Below the pieces are notes generated by a model. It was given only the letters and a program-made list of their open reading frames with translations. It was not told the DNA's origin and did no database searches. From positions 198,586,001-198,650,000 of the forward strand of contig OX597815.1 in assembly GCA_951406725.2 (NCBI GenBank): 64,000 nt of DNA, written 5' to 3'. The stretch is from Octopus vulgaris. Taxonomy: Eukaryota. Shown here in pieces: positions 51,440-64,000 of this stretch (positions are counted from its first letter, which is position 1; each line of letters starts with the position of its first letter). The translations under genes were made by a program, and so were the position numbers.

Positions 51440-51993
51440 ACATTTGCCGGTCATTCGCATGCTGGTGAGACCCATATTGGAGTACGGGATTCAATCCGCT
51501 TCTCCTTATCTCCTCAAAGACATACAACATCTCGAAAGAGTCCAGAAGCTGGCTACCCGCATGGTTCTTGGTCTCAAACATTTGTCTTATGAAGAAAGGC
51601 TGAAGACGCTCGACCTTTTATTCTCTAGAAAAACGACGACGCCGTGGTGATCTCATTCTTGCTCACAACATCATAAGCGGAAAGTGTAACCTCTCGAAAG
51701 AGCTGTTCTTCACTCCTGCTCCAGAGCGTCGGCTGCGGGGTCACACCGAAAAGCTCTATTTGCGACGATTTCATCTCAATCGAAGGAGAGGGGCTCTCTC
51801 CGCCCGGGTTGCGGATCCGTGGAATAAGCTGCCGAACGAGGTAGTGAAGATGCCGACGACCGCTCGGTTCAAAGTCTCCCTTGACCACAAATGGCCTGAA
51901 CTCTTTGCATGAACACTACCCTATACATAACTCCATTTCCCTCTACATGGCCTTGCTATTTGCTTTTTGAGCCAAAAAATTAACTTAACTTAA
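51440..51993 (+). mobile_element. CR1-clade LINE 3' end (5'-truncated)
   Basis: LVRPILEYG...LERVQKLATRMV.GLKHLSYEERLKTLDL-(frameshift)-SLEKRRRRGDLI...LRGH...WNKLP...FKVSLD; stop 51910-51912; short 3' UTR ending in (TAACT)n. Confidence 0.9.
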
Positions 51994-52674
51994 GGTGATT
52001 TCGGAAAAATAATCATTACGTAGCCTTCATTCGTGTTATGAAATGTTTATATTTGAATAAATATCTTCTGCAAGTTCTAGCTTGTTAAAATTGTCATCTA
52101 ATTTCGTTATATATATATAGTATGATACATGATTTTAGCTTGATTTGTGTTATGCAAAAATGTCGTATTATTTTGTCTTCGATACGACACATACATTTTT
52201 CTCTTTTTTACTTTAATCTAATTCCTCAATTAGATTATCGTTTTGCTTTCGGATTTATTTTCTAATACCGAAATTCTTTACGTAAGTATAGTAAAAGTGA
52301 TTCTTCTTAACAAAGAAATGCTTTACTTGCAAGTAATTTAATCATGTATGAGGTATTACACAAAGTTTCATTTTGCAAAACCATTTAGTAGGCGGTGTCA
52401 CCAGAGTTTCAGTTAGACTACGGGTTTATTATTTATATTTTTATTTTTGATTCCGCACTCTCGGCTCACAGTTCAAGTCTCACTGAGTTTAACTTCACAA
52501 CCTCATTTTTTTAAAGATCGATAAAGAGTATACGGTACCTATTGGGGCAGATTCTTCTTCTTCCGGTCTTCTTTTGAGATTTGCTTATGGTAAACAAGAT
52601 ACCGTCTTGTAAAACACACGCACACATATATATAACATATGGAAAAGTGAAGAAAAAATGTTACCCTTTACCCT

Positions 52675-52936
<262 letters not shown>

Positions 52937-53995
52937 TTTTACGAATATTATATTACAAACGTATAGTGCTTATCATAGAAGTCAGTAGAGGTCGCTCTTC
53001 GAAGTATCACCGTATCTTTTCTTTATTATTTTTAAGACAAAACTAAAGCAATTACTGATAGCATTCCATGACTCCTTACAATTGCTATACGAGGTAAAGA
53101 CGAGGCGTCTATAAGGTCATTCGACCTTCTAAAATTAGCAGTAAAATCTTTGTAAAAATCACACCCGACTGTCTTTTGAAAAATGAAAGGAGACATGTGT
53201 ATCCAGGATAAGGTAGTCATTGAGTAGTTATCGATACATTAAACATGAAAAAAGACTCATTGATCACTGCTCCATCTCCTTTGATCATGAAACTGCTGAA
53301 TCGGGGCTGACCTAGTACTAAACAGGAACAACGATTTATATTCTAAAGATTGAAGTTATCATCAAATAATCTGACAAATATTGTTCTTTCCGTGTCTGAA
53401 AGCTACAAATAGTTTTCCAACTCCTTCAGGTTAACAAACACCCACAGTCACACGCACAACGATACGAGTACACAGGCACATACACCCATCCACAGGTACA
53501 CTCGCATTTTACACAAACACGCTATTTTAGATTCTATTTTAGACACCAGAATAGAAACTTGTTTAAAAACGGAAAACTTGGATAATATTTTTGTAGATGT
53601 TCAGAAGAGTATCACGTCAGACAGAATATATATATATATATATATATTTATACATACACTTACAGAATTAAATACATGCTCATATACACAGATACACACA
53701 CACACATAAATATATGTATATTTGTGTGTATATATGTACGTAAGAGCGTATATATGCGTTCAAGGATAGAGAGATAGTGCGTTTCTGAGATAGTAATAGA
53801 GAAATAGATTTAGTGGACCATCTCCTTTATTCCTCATTATTAATGTATAGATTTGAAACCACCCTTCAACTACAAAGAAAGAGAAATGGCTAGTTTCAGA
53901 GATAAAAAAAAAACCTGATAAATAGATAGGTACGTATCCATACATATATACACACATAAACACAGAAGCGCACACACTATCACATATATATCAGC

Positions 53996-53999
<4 letters not shown>

Positions 54000-54037
<38 letters not shown>

Positions 54038-54122
54038 GACAAACATCACTCTCTCTCTCTCTGTTTATATATATATATATATAAATATATATACACAGAC
54101 AAACATCACTCTCTCTCTCTCT

Positions 54123-54157
<35 letters not shown>

Positions 54158-54187
54158 CAAACATCTCTTTCTCTCTCTCTCTCTGTT

Positions 54188-54246
<59 letters not shown>

Positions 54247-54265
54247 ATGTATGTATGTATGTATA
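54000..54265. repeat. Three ~60-bp higher-order units of (TA)n-ACAGACAAACATC-(CT)n-GTTT, then (TG)n(TATG)n
   Basis: ACAGACAAACATC recurs at ~54034, 54094 and 54153. Confidence 0.9.
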
Positions 54266-55251
54266 AAGGGAGAGTGCTGAGTGAGAGAGGCAGACAGAGA
54301 GAGATTGATAGGAAAAGAAAGTGAGAAACTGAGAGTGAGATAGAAAGAAATAAACAGTAATTGGAAAATAGAAAAGTGCACAGAGATATATTACATTTTA
54401 AACAACAGTGCCAACCAGTTGGTCCTTCTCTAATACACATTTTAATGAAGTAACACACACAATAGCACACAAGAATACGCGTATACACACACACACAAAC
54501 ATACATATATGTGTGTGTGTATGTGTATATGTATACATATACGAAGATCCTTCATGATAAACACACTCTCACACGCACCTATAAATACATACAAATATAT
54601 GTTTGTGCGTGTGTGCGTATGTATATATAAAATAATATATTTTAAGTATGTATGTTTTATGTATGTATTAATATACATATACCTACACCTCCAAAATCTA
54701 CACAAATACACACAAATACACACACGTACGTACATATAAACATATATGCGGACAGTTTGTGTTATTATTATTATTTTTATTTTTTTCTCTTTTCCTTTCG
54801 TGCAAAGATATAGATATATATTTTAAAGATAACCAGACGCAAGATGACGACGGCGACGACGACGCACCAATATTCGCTATCCGAGACAAAAGAAAGAAAT
54901 GGAAAAAAGTAAAATTAAATATCAAATCAATATTAGAAAAAAAATATAGCAACGTACAATTATCGAAATAATTTTGCTCACAAAATAGTAGATAGCTCCA
55001 GAACGACAACAGCTTGCAAGAGCAGAGAAAATCTTATATATCTTACGCAAAGGCTCTCCTTAATTTTTTTTTCCCAAGATAGAATGATTCGACGTCCTTC
55101 AATTAAAATTGTTAAATACTGGTTTAGCTAGAAATGTGACGTAAATTTTTAAAGACGTATTGCAGTCACTCGTTGTGATCTGAAATCATATTGGTTGCAT
55201 TTTATTTTTAATTCTTTCCTCTCTGTAAGACTAACAATCATGTATCATTAT

Positions 55252-55640
55252 AGGCGCAGGAGTGGCTTTGTGGTAAGTAGCTTTCTTACCAACCACATGG
55301 TTCCGGGTTCAGTCTCACTGTGTCGCAACTTGGGCAACTGTCTTCTACTAAAGCCTCGGGCCTTGTGAGTGGATTTGGTAGACGGAAACTGAAAGAAGCT
55401 CGTCTTATATATATATGTATGTGTGTGTGTGTCTGCTTGTGTCTGTGTTTTTCCCCCCGACATCGCTTAACAACCGATGGTGATGTGTTTATTTGCCTGT
55501 AACTTAGCTGTTCGGCAAAAGAGACCAATCGAGTAAGTTCTAGGCTTTCAAAGAATAAGTCCTGGGGACGATTTTGCTCGACTAAAGACGGTGCTCCATC
55601 ATGGCCGCAGTCAAATGACTGAAACAAATAAAAAAAAAAG
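55252..55640 (+). mobile_element. SINE family B, full length
   Basis: AGGCGCAGGAGTGGC head through GACTGAAACAAATAAAA tail. Confidence 0.9.
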
Positions 55641-56059
55641 AAGGAACATATGTGTAATTATCGCAACGGGAGAACATGACGTTGCTCAATACTGTATAAA
55701 TAGCAGCGTACTTTCTCTCCAAATCACACCTTTTATACTGCCTTAGAAAATGTTAGATTCCTGGATAGGTATGAGTTCAGAGTTTCTAGGGTTTTGTAAA
55801 TAGCGATATAGTCAAGGTGGCATTGCTTCCATGAGTTGTCAGTCTATTGGAATTAAACGCCGACAGTAAAACTGATACAAAACTGACACAAGAAAAGAAT
55901 TTAGAGTGAAACTTACTTTCAGAAATGTCATTACTTGACTGCTTATACAGCTAAGAAGAGTCAGTCAAATGTAAAGCCTTACCCCGATGTCTTATTGAAA
56001 GACATAAAGATTATAGATAACCTGATTGTAACAAAAATATATCTCAGAATTAAATTCCG

Positions 56060-56265
56060 TGGGTTGGCATAATCGTTAGCGCGCAGAAAACATCGCTCAG
56101 CGGCATTTTGACCGTCTTTACGTTTTGAGTTCAAATTCCGCCGAGGCAGATTTTGGCTTTCCTCATTTCAGAGCGTATAAAATAAGTAGCAGCTGAGCGC
56201 AGGGGTTAATATAATCAACTTACCCCCTCCCCAGAATTGGTTGGCCTTGTGTCAAAATGTGAAGG
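56060..56265 (+). mobile_element. Diverged SINE family A (alternative tail)
   Basis: GAGTTCAAATTCCGCCGAGG...AAATAAGTA...GGCCTTGTGTCAAAATGTGAA. Confidence 0.7.
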
Positions 56266-57440
56266 CAATATATCTCATTAAGAGAAAATACACACCTGAT
56301 ACTTGGCTTGAATCTCCTTCTCTCTATCTTATTCTCACCTTTTTGTCTGTTTCTCGGTCTCTTTCTTTCATTCTTTCTTTCTGTCTCTGTCTGTCTGTCT
56401 CTCCCTTTGTCTCTGTGTTAGTTCCTCTCTCTCTCTCTCTCTCTCTCACTCTCTCTCATGTCAGGCATAGAACAAATTGTCGACAAGAGAAGCTAACGTT
56501 GATGAGACATTGTTTTTCCCTCGACACAAAACAACGCTGGGTCTGCGCCTCAGGAACTGACTGAAATCATTCATCGTTTGTTTGTTTACTGATCGCTTTT
56601 AAACTGAAAGCTTGTTGTGAAATCCCGATGATACTCATGCGATTCGCATGAGAATCAACAGCATAAATGAAACGAATTGCAGAGCCAGCTTGTTGGGATC
56701 TTATCTATACTTATCTCTACATTATATCTGTCGGCAATGATTTATGCATTATATTAGGAACCGAGAAAATGGGAACATTGATTTAAATCGACCGACATAA
56801 GTTATTTGAGTCAACTGGCGTAAATTATTTAATTCAGCCAGCGCAATTTATTTAATTCAATTAACGTAAGTTGTGTCAAGCAGCTGAAGTTATTTCAGTC
56901 AACAAACAAACAAATGCGGATCGCATTGCGAAGGTAGAAATGATGTATTTATAATTCTGTTTGGTTCTTGTCTACGTTTTTTTAATATATTTTTTGACGC
57001 ATGAATATATTGTTTGTATATTAAATGATAGAAGAAGTGGCATTTAGATTTAGCCACATTAGCAACACTAACAACATTAGCAACACTTATTTAGCAACAA
57101 TTATTTCTTTCCTTTTTGTCTATACAACTGGAAAATATAGCAATAGGCGCAGGCTCTTAAATGGAAGGGTATTGCCTGCAGTCGATTGGGAAGGCTGAAA
57201 AGCGATTTTGACCCTGTGGACCCCATCGGCCACAACACATCTGGTTTTTCAAGATTTTTTTTAAATGGCTGGCTGCAGGTATCCGGTGATACTTGAGGGA
57301 CATAACCCTAAGTCCTAAGTGTCACTCGTGCCTGCAGCCATGCCACATTGAAAAGAACTGCCCCCAAGACCATGGTAAGGTCCCGGAACAGTCACTGGAT
57401 GCCACCTCCCCTACCCGGTCAAAGGGTGAGTTGGATGTGG

Positions 57441-57720
57441 TTGAAAGATGCCCGTCGTATATATGCATATATATATATGAGTGTGTGTGTGTGTGTGTGT
57501 GTGTATGTACGTGTGTCTGTGTTTATCCCCCTCCCAAATCGCTTGAAAACCGATGCTGGTGTGTTTACGTCCCCGTAACTTAGCGGTTCGGCAAAAGGGA
57601 CCGATAGAATAAATACTTGGCTTCCAAAGTATAAGTCTTGGGGTCGATTTGCTCGGCTAAAGGCGGTGCTCCACATGGCCGCACTCAGATGACTGAAACA
57701 AGTAAAAGAGTAAAAGAATA
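57441..57720 (+). mobile_element. SINE family B 3' two-thirds, lacking its tRNA head
   Basis: TGAAAGATGCCCGTCGTATAT-(TG)n-ATCGCTTGAAAACCGATGCTGGTG...GTAAAAGAGTAAAAG. Confidence 0.85.
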
Positions 57721-58234
57721 ATAGCTTTGGTTTCCTTTCTATTTAAGAAAGTAAAGTGTGACGTATTGGGTATTCGAGTTTTGTTTCAAATAGACCGAGG
57801 AAATGGTGTTCGGGGATTCCGTAACTGCATAGCGATGAATGACGTTTGCCTGGAGAACATTCAATATCGAGCCAATACTCTACTGGGATTTTCTTTTATC
57901 GGTGTCTGCGGGATAAAACGTTAAGTTTTTTTCTAGGGGTGAAGCGAACTCAAAGTGTAACAGAGTAGCCCAAATGTGTTCATCAGATAAACCTATCAAG
58001 AATAATTTTGTCTACTGCCCTCAAGAAAAATTTATATTTGAAACTCCTCTGATAACGCTATACGGACAAATGTACCAGTGCCATATCATCATCTTTATAT
58101 CAATACTTCAACTACTACTACCAATACTAATCATAATATTATTCTTCTGTGTATCGTTCCAAATTTCAGTAATAATTGTAATGATGATATTGGTGATGAG
58201 GAAGACGATGATGACGCTGACTACGGCAATGATT

Positions 58235-58380
58235 ATGATGATGATGATGATAAAGAAGAAGAAGAAGAAGAAGAAGAAGAAAAAGAAGAAGAAGAAGAAG
58301 AAGAAGAAGAAGGAGAAGAAGAAGAAGAAGAAGAAGAAGAAGAAGAAGAAGAAGAAGAAGAAGAAGAAAAAGAAGAAGAT
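58235..58380. repeat. (GAT)n(GAA)n tract
   Basis: Direct inspection. Confidence 0.95.
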
Positions 58381-58384
58381 ATAT

Positions 58385-58615
58385 ATTTCTTTACTACCCA
58401 CAAGGGGCTAAACACAGAGCGGACAAACAAGGACAGACAGAGGGATTAAGTCGATTACATCGAACCCAGTGCGTAACTGGTACTTAATTTATCGACCCCG
58501 AAAGGATGAAAGGCAAAGTTGACCTCGGTGGAATTTGAACTCGGAACGCAACGACAGACGAAATACGGCTACGAATTGCGCCCGGCGTGATAACGTTTCT
58601 ACCAGCTTGCCGCCC
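58385..58615 (-). mobile_element. SINE family A monomer
   Basis: Reverse complement of a full head-body-tail unit. Confidence 0.9.
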
Positions 58616-58633
58616 ATGAAGAAGATATAATCC

Positions 58634-59264
58634 AGTCTGGGACGGAGGAGTAGCAGTTTTACGTTCATTTTGGCAATTTCATGCCAATATGTTTCTGCAG
58701 TAAGGGTTCTTCCGGGTTTTAAGAAGTCACAGTGGATGACACCAGCAGTACACCAACAAACAGTCACCATAACCTTTTTTTCTTTTCTAAGAACTCGTGC
58801 TTAGGGTAGGCTTTTGGTGCTTCATTCTGGTCCAACGACGACTGCGAAGAACGATTTTTATTATTGTACAGAATCCGCTTTTCATCGCAAATCACAATAC
58901 GATCAAGAAATGAATCGGTCTGGTTACAGAGAAAAAGCGACGAGCAAATTTTATATCTGCGAATTTTCTGATCTTCATTCAAATCGTGTGGTACCTATTT
59001 GTAGAGCTATTTTGATTTTCCGATCACATACAAATGGCTGCCGGCAGTTCTCTGGCTAACTTGCTGCTCTTTTGCCAGTTCTCGAGAGGTTTTACGTAGA
59101 TCTTTCTCAATGACAGTCTTTAACTGATCATTATGGATGACAGATTGGCGTCCAGTACGTTCACGGTCTTCAAGGCTCAGGTCCCCACTGCGAAATCGTT
59201 TAAACCACTTTGGAGCTGACCACGGAGTGGTAATTTCCTCACTAAATGTCTCGTTGATATCACG

Positions 59265-59265
<1 letters not shown>
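58634..59265 (-). pseudogene. Second mariner transposase fragment (different copy/family)
   Basis: KWFKRFRSGDLSLEDRERTGRP, FLDRIVICDEKRILYNN, MVTVCWCTAGVIHCDFLKPGRTLTAETY; both ends lost. Confidence 0.9.
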
Positions 59266-59306
<41 letters not shown>

Positions 59307-59456
59307 ATTAATACTACTGCTGCTACTACTACTATTACTACTACTACTACTAATTAATACTACTGCTGCTGCTACTACTACTATTACTACTACTACTAAT
59401 TAATACTACTGCAGCTGCTACTACTACTATTACTACTACTACTACTACTACAACTG

Positions 59457-59545
<89 letters not shown>
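59265..59545. repeat. (CTA)n/(AAT)n tract with a three-times repeated CTAATTAATACTACTGC unit
   Basis: Direct inspection. Confidence 0.9.
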
Positions 59546-59781
59546 TTCATTTATTTGCCACAAGGGCGAAGGATGGGGGCGGGGAAATACAAAGGCAGAC
59601 TTAAGGCGTGGGGGTTTACTTATAATAATGAAATGATCAACATCATCAACTTCCGTCAAATTTGTCGTCGTCGAATTAATCTTCATCATCCCTATTATCA
59701 TGATTATTTTCGTCATCTTCATCAGGATCTTCCTCTTCATACCCCACCCCCCGTCATCATCACCATCATCATCATCATCAT

Positions 59782-59819
<38 letters not shown>

Positions 59820-60254
59820 ACACCAGCAATAGGAACAATTACAACATCATTACCGTCGTTGTCATCGTCGATATTTTTTTGTTTCTTTTTTTTCATCGTC
59901 TGTGTCTTGTATTTTATGCCTGAGTTTCCTGCATTATATAATATTTTTTAATGTCTATTTAAAATAGCTAAAATAATATTGTTAACACTCTACCTTGGTT
60001 TTACAGATCAGTTGTTTCGCACATAGAAACGCATCGAACTGTGCAAGACTTGCTTCAACCATTTATGACCTTATCGTATAAAACTATAGCATAATTGATT
60101 AGAAAATGATTTGATATAGTGAGTCAATTATCATATTGTTAAGCATCAAGGCGGTCAGTGGAGATTGTTTCCTACCATCAGTGATACATTATGTTATCGA
60201 AAATGTGTACGTTATGCGTGTTTGTATGCATATACGTATGTTTCTACTTATATG

Positions 60255-60292
<38 letters not shown>

Positions 60293-60434
60293 GAGATAGA
60301 TAGATAGATAGATAGACACATATATATATATAAGCATATAAGTACAAACATACGTATATGCATACATATCTATCTATCTATCTATGTATATATTCGTGTG
60401 TATATATATATATATAGATACATACATGTGTGTG

Positions 60435-60498
<64 letters not shown>

Positions 60499-60507
60499 GT
60501 GTGTATT

Positions 60508-60538
<31 letters not shown>

Positions 60539-60879
60539 ATATGTATATGTATATGTATGTTTATGAATGCGTTTATATAGTAGCAGAATAGTTAGAGCAT
60601 GATAAACAATGTCTCACAGTATTTATTGCAAATCTCTACGTTCTACGTTCGAATCATACCTAGGTCATTCGTTCAACGAAACTGGAAACATGTAACCACT
60701 TCATAGTAGTGCACTTGCCGTCTCGAGATGAAGTCGAAATAAGCGTCGGTGTCAACAACCTTGATCTGCACAATTGTTAACCGCCGAATCTTCACTGAAA
60801 TGTGGAGCTATGTTACAGTTTTTGCTGAAAACTCCCTGACTCCAAAGGTATCACGACATGACTTTTTGGAGGCCTAACA

Positions 60880-61532
60880 TTCTTTGTTCTTTTACAGGGC
60901 TTAAAAAACTGATGGATGAGGGAACTTTAAAAGGACAAGTTATTAAACGATGGATCTTTTTTATCGAATTAATAAAACAATTAGAAAAAGAAAATCGTAT
61001 ACGACATTTAAATTTTACAGAAAATCTACGTGTGTGAATCCGAGAGGGGAATATCTTTATATATAAAAGTGAAGTTGTGTGTCTGTCTCCTACGATTTAG
61101 ATTCCTAACTACTCCCACATTTTGCGGTGCAGTTTAACCAAAACTGGGTATCTTATATTCGTGATTCATATCGAGCCCTTCTGTGTATTAGCGTGCGTCT
61201 ACGATGAGTCTACGATTTAAAAAAAAATCTACCATCATTTTTTCCAATTTTTAATGCATTTTTTTTTTGGTATTATATAATGGAAGTTATTCTCTAAAAA
61301 TTTATTATTAAATCTCAGAACGTAAAAAGCTACAGTAACACCCCCCCCCTTTGTGGTTAGCCATATTGAGATAGCTATTATACTTTACATCTCTAAAAAT
61401 GCTTATATAGTTATTTCCCTTACAAACCCGAGCAACGCCGGGCGATACTGCTAGTATTGAATAAAATCATTATTAACTGATTCTCCTGTATTTTCTTTTA
61501 CCCGAAACCAGGAACTTTTCAGCACCCTTCGT
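60880..61532 (+). mobile_element. Mariner MITE relic (same family as 47434-47662) interrupted by two insertions
   Basis: TTCTTTTACAGGGCTT...GTGTGAATCCGAGAGGGGAATA|TATTGAATAAAATCAT...CAGGAACTTTTCAGCACCCTTCGTA. Confidence 0.7.
61054..61454 (+). mobile_element. Non-autonomous Helitron
   Basis: 5' TC, 3' CTAG, hairpin CCCGAGCAACGCCGGG; inserted between A and T with no TSD, shown by rejoining the host mariner relic. Confidence 0.9.
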
Positions 61533-62557
61533 ATCATTAAATCCGGCTATCATTTGAGTCTATCGTGCAAAACAGACCACCGAAGAATATTGTACATTTT
61601 CTCCACATTCTGGTTATGGCGAAACTTGTAATGAAGTAAATGAAATTAAGAGAGGTGATGTTAGGCGCTTTGGAAATTCAAGGCCTCAACTTCTTCAAAT
61701 ACCGTTTGGAGGTGAAGATGAAGTTTGAAATAGGAAGTACAGATCCCTAGCAATTTGTTTCAAATAGGAGTGACAAGGACAAATGAACATTCTTTCAAAA
61801 TACACTTGATGATCAGAGGCTTCACATTTAGTTGGCCTGATAACTAGAATTTGAGGTAGCGTTTTTGATTGAATTTTAAGTAGATTTTCTGTAAAATTTA
61901 AATGTCGTATACGATTTTCTTTTTCTAATTGTTTTATTAATTCGATAAAAAAGATCCATCGTTTTATAACTTGTCCTTTTAAAGTTCTCTCATCCATCAG
62001 TTATCAAAGAATAAATTCTACTCCTTCTCCGTGTTCCTTTCTCATCATCATCGGCAGCAACAACAGCACCAGCAGTAATAGTAGTAGCAGCAGGAAGCGG
62101 AGGTGAATTAAATGATATAACGGTCATGACTGATCGAGAAGATATTTGCATGGCGTAGTAACATACTTTTAACTTCTGTGTAGGAATCAAAACGTGAAGG
62201 CTTGTTTTTTTTTTTTCTGGTTTGGTTCAGAGTTTGTTACATTTCATAGAGGTACGCAACGTTGAATATGATTTACGATCTAGGGAGTCCGAAACGAGTT
62301 CATAAAGAGGTGAAGCTGTCAGCTTTTCGAAAGGGTAATAACAGTTGACATGAATCAAATTTCCTTAAACGAAATATATCATTGATCCACTTTAATAGCA
62401 GCATACTTATTGCTATGCTTTACAGTAACTGCCATGATTGTTTTAAGCGTATTCTTCTATTTTTGTATGCAATAAATTCCTAAATATTTAGATAAACGGT
62501 TCAGTAGAAAACTGCTTCCTATACATACATTCAAACATACACAGTGGGGAAGAGACC

Positions 62558-62571
62558 GATAGATAGATAGG

Positions 62572-62665
<94 letters not shown>
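62558..62665. repeat. (GATA)n microsatellite
   Basis: Direct inspection. Confidence 0.95.
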
Positions 62666-63331
62666 CAGCTTTTTAAAATATATATCGAGAAAGATCGTTT
62701 TTATTGTTAAACTTTTTTTTAATAACATTAGCCAAATGTTATAGATTTGAAAATAAAATGTAAAGCAATTTCTGTGTGCATCAGAATTTATACATTTTAA
62801 TCTACAACGCTTCTCGAAAATCGGTTAAACCATCTAGGTATAACACAGAAATGTGTTTTCTCTTTTGTACTAGGCCGAAGAACCGTACCTTTTATGGCGT
62901 TATAATAATGAGAAAATAGATATATGTGAATTTCAAGCCTTTCCAATAAGACATAATTTTTCGGAGCAACCATCCTATTCTACGGTGAAGAGATCTCCTA
63001 TATAATGAAGAAGCATTGCAGTGAATATATATGTGTGTGTGTGGTTCCTCTGCTTTGTGGCAGAAGTAGGAAGAAAGAGTGAGAGAAAGTTGTTGTGTAG
63101 CCCACCATGGTGTAACTCACTATGGAGTGGTAAACTTTCAGACCCTAGACTAGATTGCAATGGTTCAGCTCTCCCCCCGTTAAAAGCCACCGTTTACAGA
63201 ATGAGCATAACAACGTAGCTTTTGCGCCCCTATGGTGAGTGGATCTTCAAGTTGCCACATGCATTCTTAGTAGCATAGAGTAGGCTCGAATTAGAGATTA
63301 TTCTTTGTGGCTAATGGCGTGAGTCCTGATT

Positions 63332-63730
63332 GGAAGGAGAAGGAGAAGAAGAAGAAGAAGAAGAAGAAGAAGAAGAAGAAGAAGAAGAAGAAGAAAAAGA
63401 AGAAGACGAAGAAGAAGAAAAAGAAAAAGAAGACGAAGAAGAATAAGAAGAAGACGAAGAAGAAGAAAAAGAAGAAGACGAAGAAGAAGAAAAGAAGAAG
63501 AAGAAGAAGAAGAAGAAGAAGAAGACGAAGAAGAAGAAGGAGACGAAGAAGAAGAAGAAGAAGAAGAAGAAGAAGAAGAAGAAGAAGAAGAAGAAGAAGA
63601 AGAAGAAGAAAAAGAAGACGAAGAAGAAGAAAAGAAGAAGAAGAAGAAGAAGAAGAAGAAGAAGGAGAAGAAGAAGAAGAAGAAGAAGAAGAAGAAGAAG
63701 AAGAACGACAACAACAACAACAACAACAAC
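63332..63730. repeat. (GAA)n then (CAA)n tract
   Basis: Direct inspection. Confidence 0.95.
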
Positions 63731-64000
63731 TGACTGGTTTCCGCCTTCTTTTTGTGGTGATGGAAGAAGCGGCGAGATACTATAACGTTCAAAATTACGT
63801 CAAATGTTCTAAGAAGTGAAAAAATGCGTCTCAAGTTGGACTCGAACTCAGTATGTATAACTCTGATTAGTAGAAATTTACTTCTTGCTACATTGCTAGC
63901 CATTAAATGTGTTGAGCATATTAACAACCTACTGATTTAACTCGATTATACATATATCTTGATCAAATTAGACGAACACCATAGAATAAACTTAAGCTTC

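Noticed and set aside
63298-63927. Poly-K/R/E/S/F/M/H ORFs (also at 13599-14027, 21189-21718, 48830-49252, 57974-58449, 59350-59951)
   Set aside because: Trinucleotide repeat tracts open in several frames; no splice or domain evidence.

Overview
AT-rich eukaryotic non-coding DNA dominated by microsatellites and transposon debris. The SINE families and microsatellite load are most consistent with an octopus/cephalopod genome (inference). I find no credible host protein-coding exon, rRNA, true tRNA or CRISPR array, and almost all listed ORFs are microsatellite artefacts. Recognisable content: four tRNA-derived SINE families (labelled A-D here), decayed LINEs (two Tx1/L1-like, one RTE, one R4/Dong-like, one CR1-like), a Penelope-like (PLE) fragment, a full-length dead mariner plus mariner relics, a pogo/Tigger-like MITE, a MITE with an 8-bp TSD carrying TTAGGG repeats, and two non-autonomous Helitrons. 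The most interesting signal is a set of short, mostly unrelated elements, many sitting in or beside (TA)n tracts, that carry type I hammerhead-ribozyme motifs. One (33855-34454) is a 481-bp unit with a 119-bp terminal redundancy and an essentially intact hammerhead, i.e. a retrozyme-like or non-autonomous PLE-like element. Several others use a CCGANGA core variant. All structures and coordinates were read by eye, so element ends are approximate unless a TSD or terminal motif is given.
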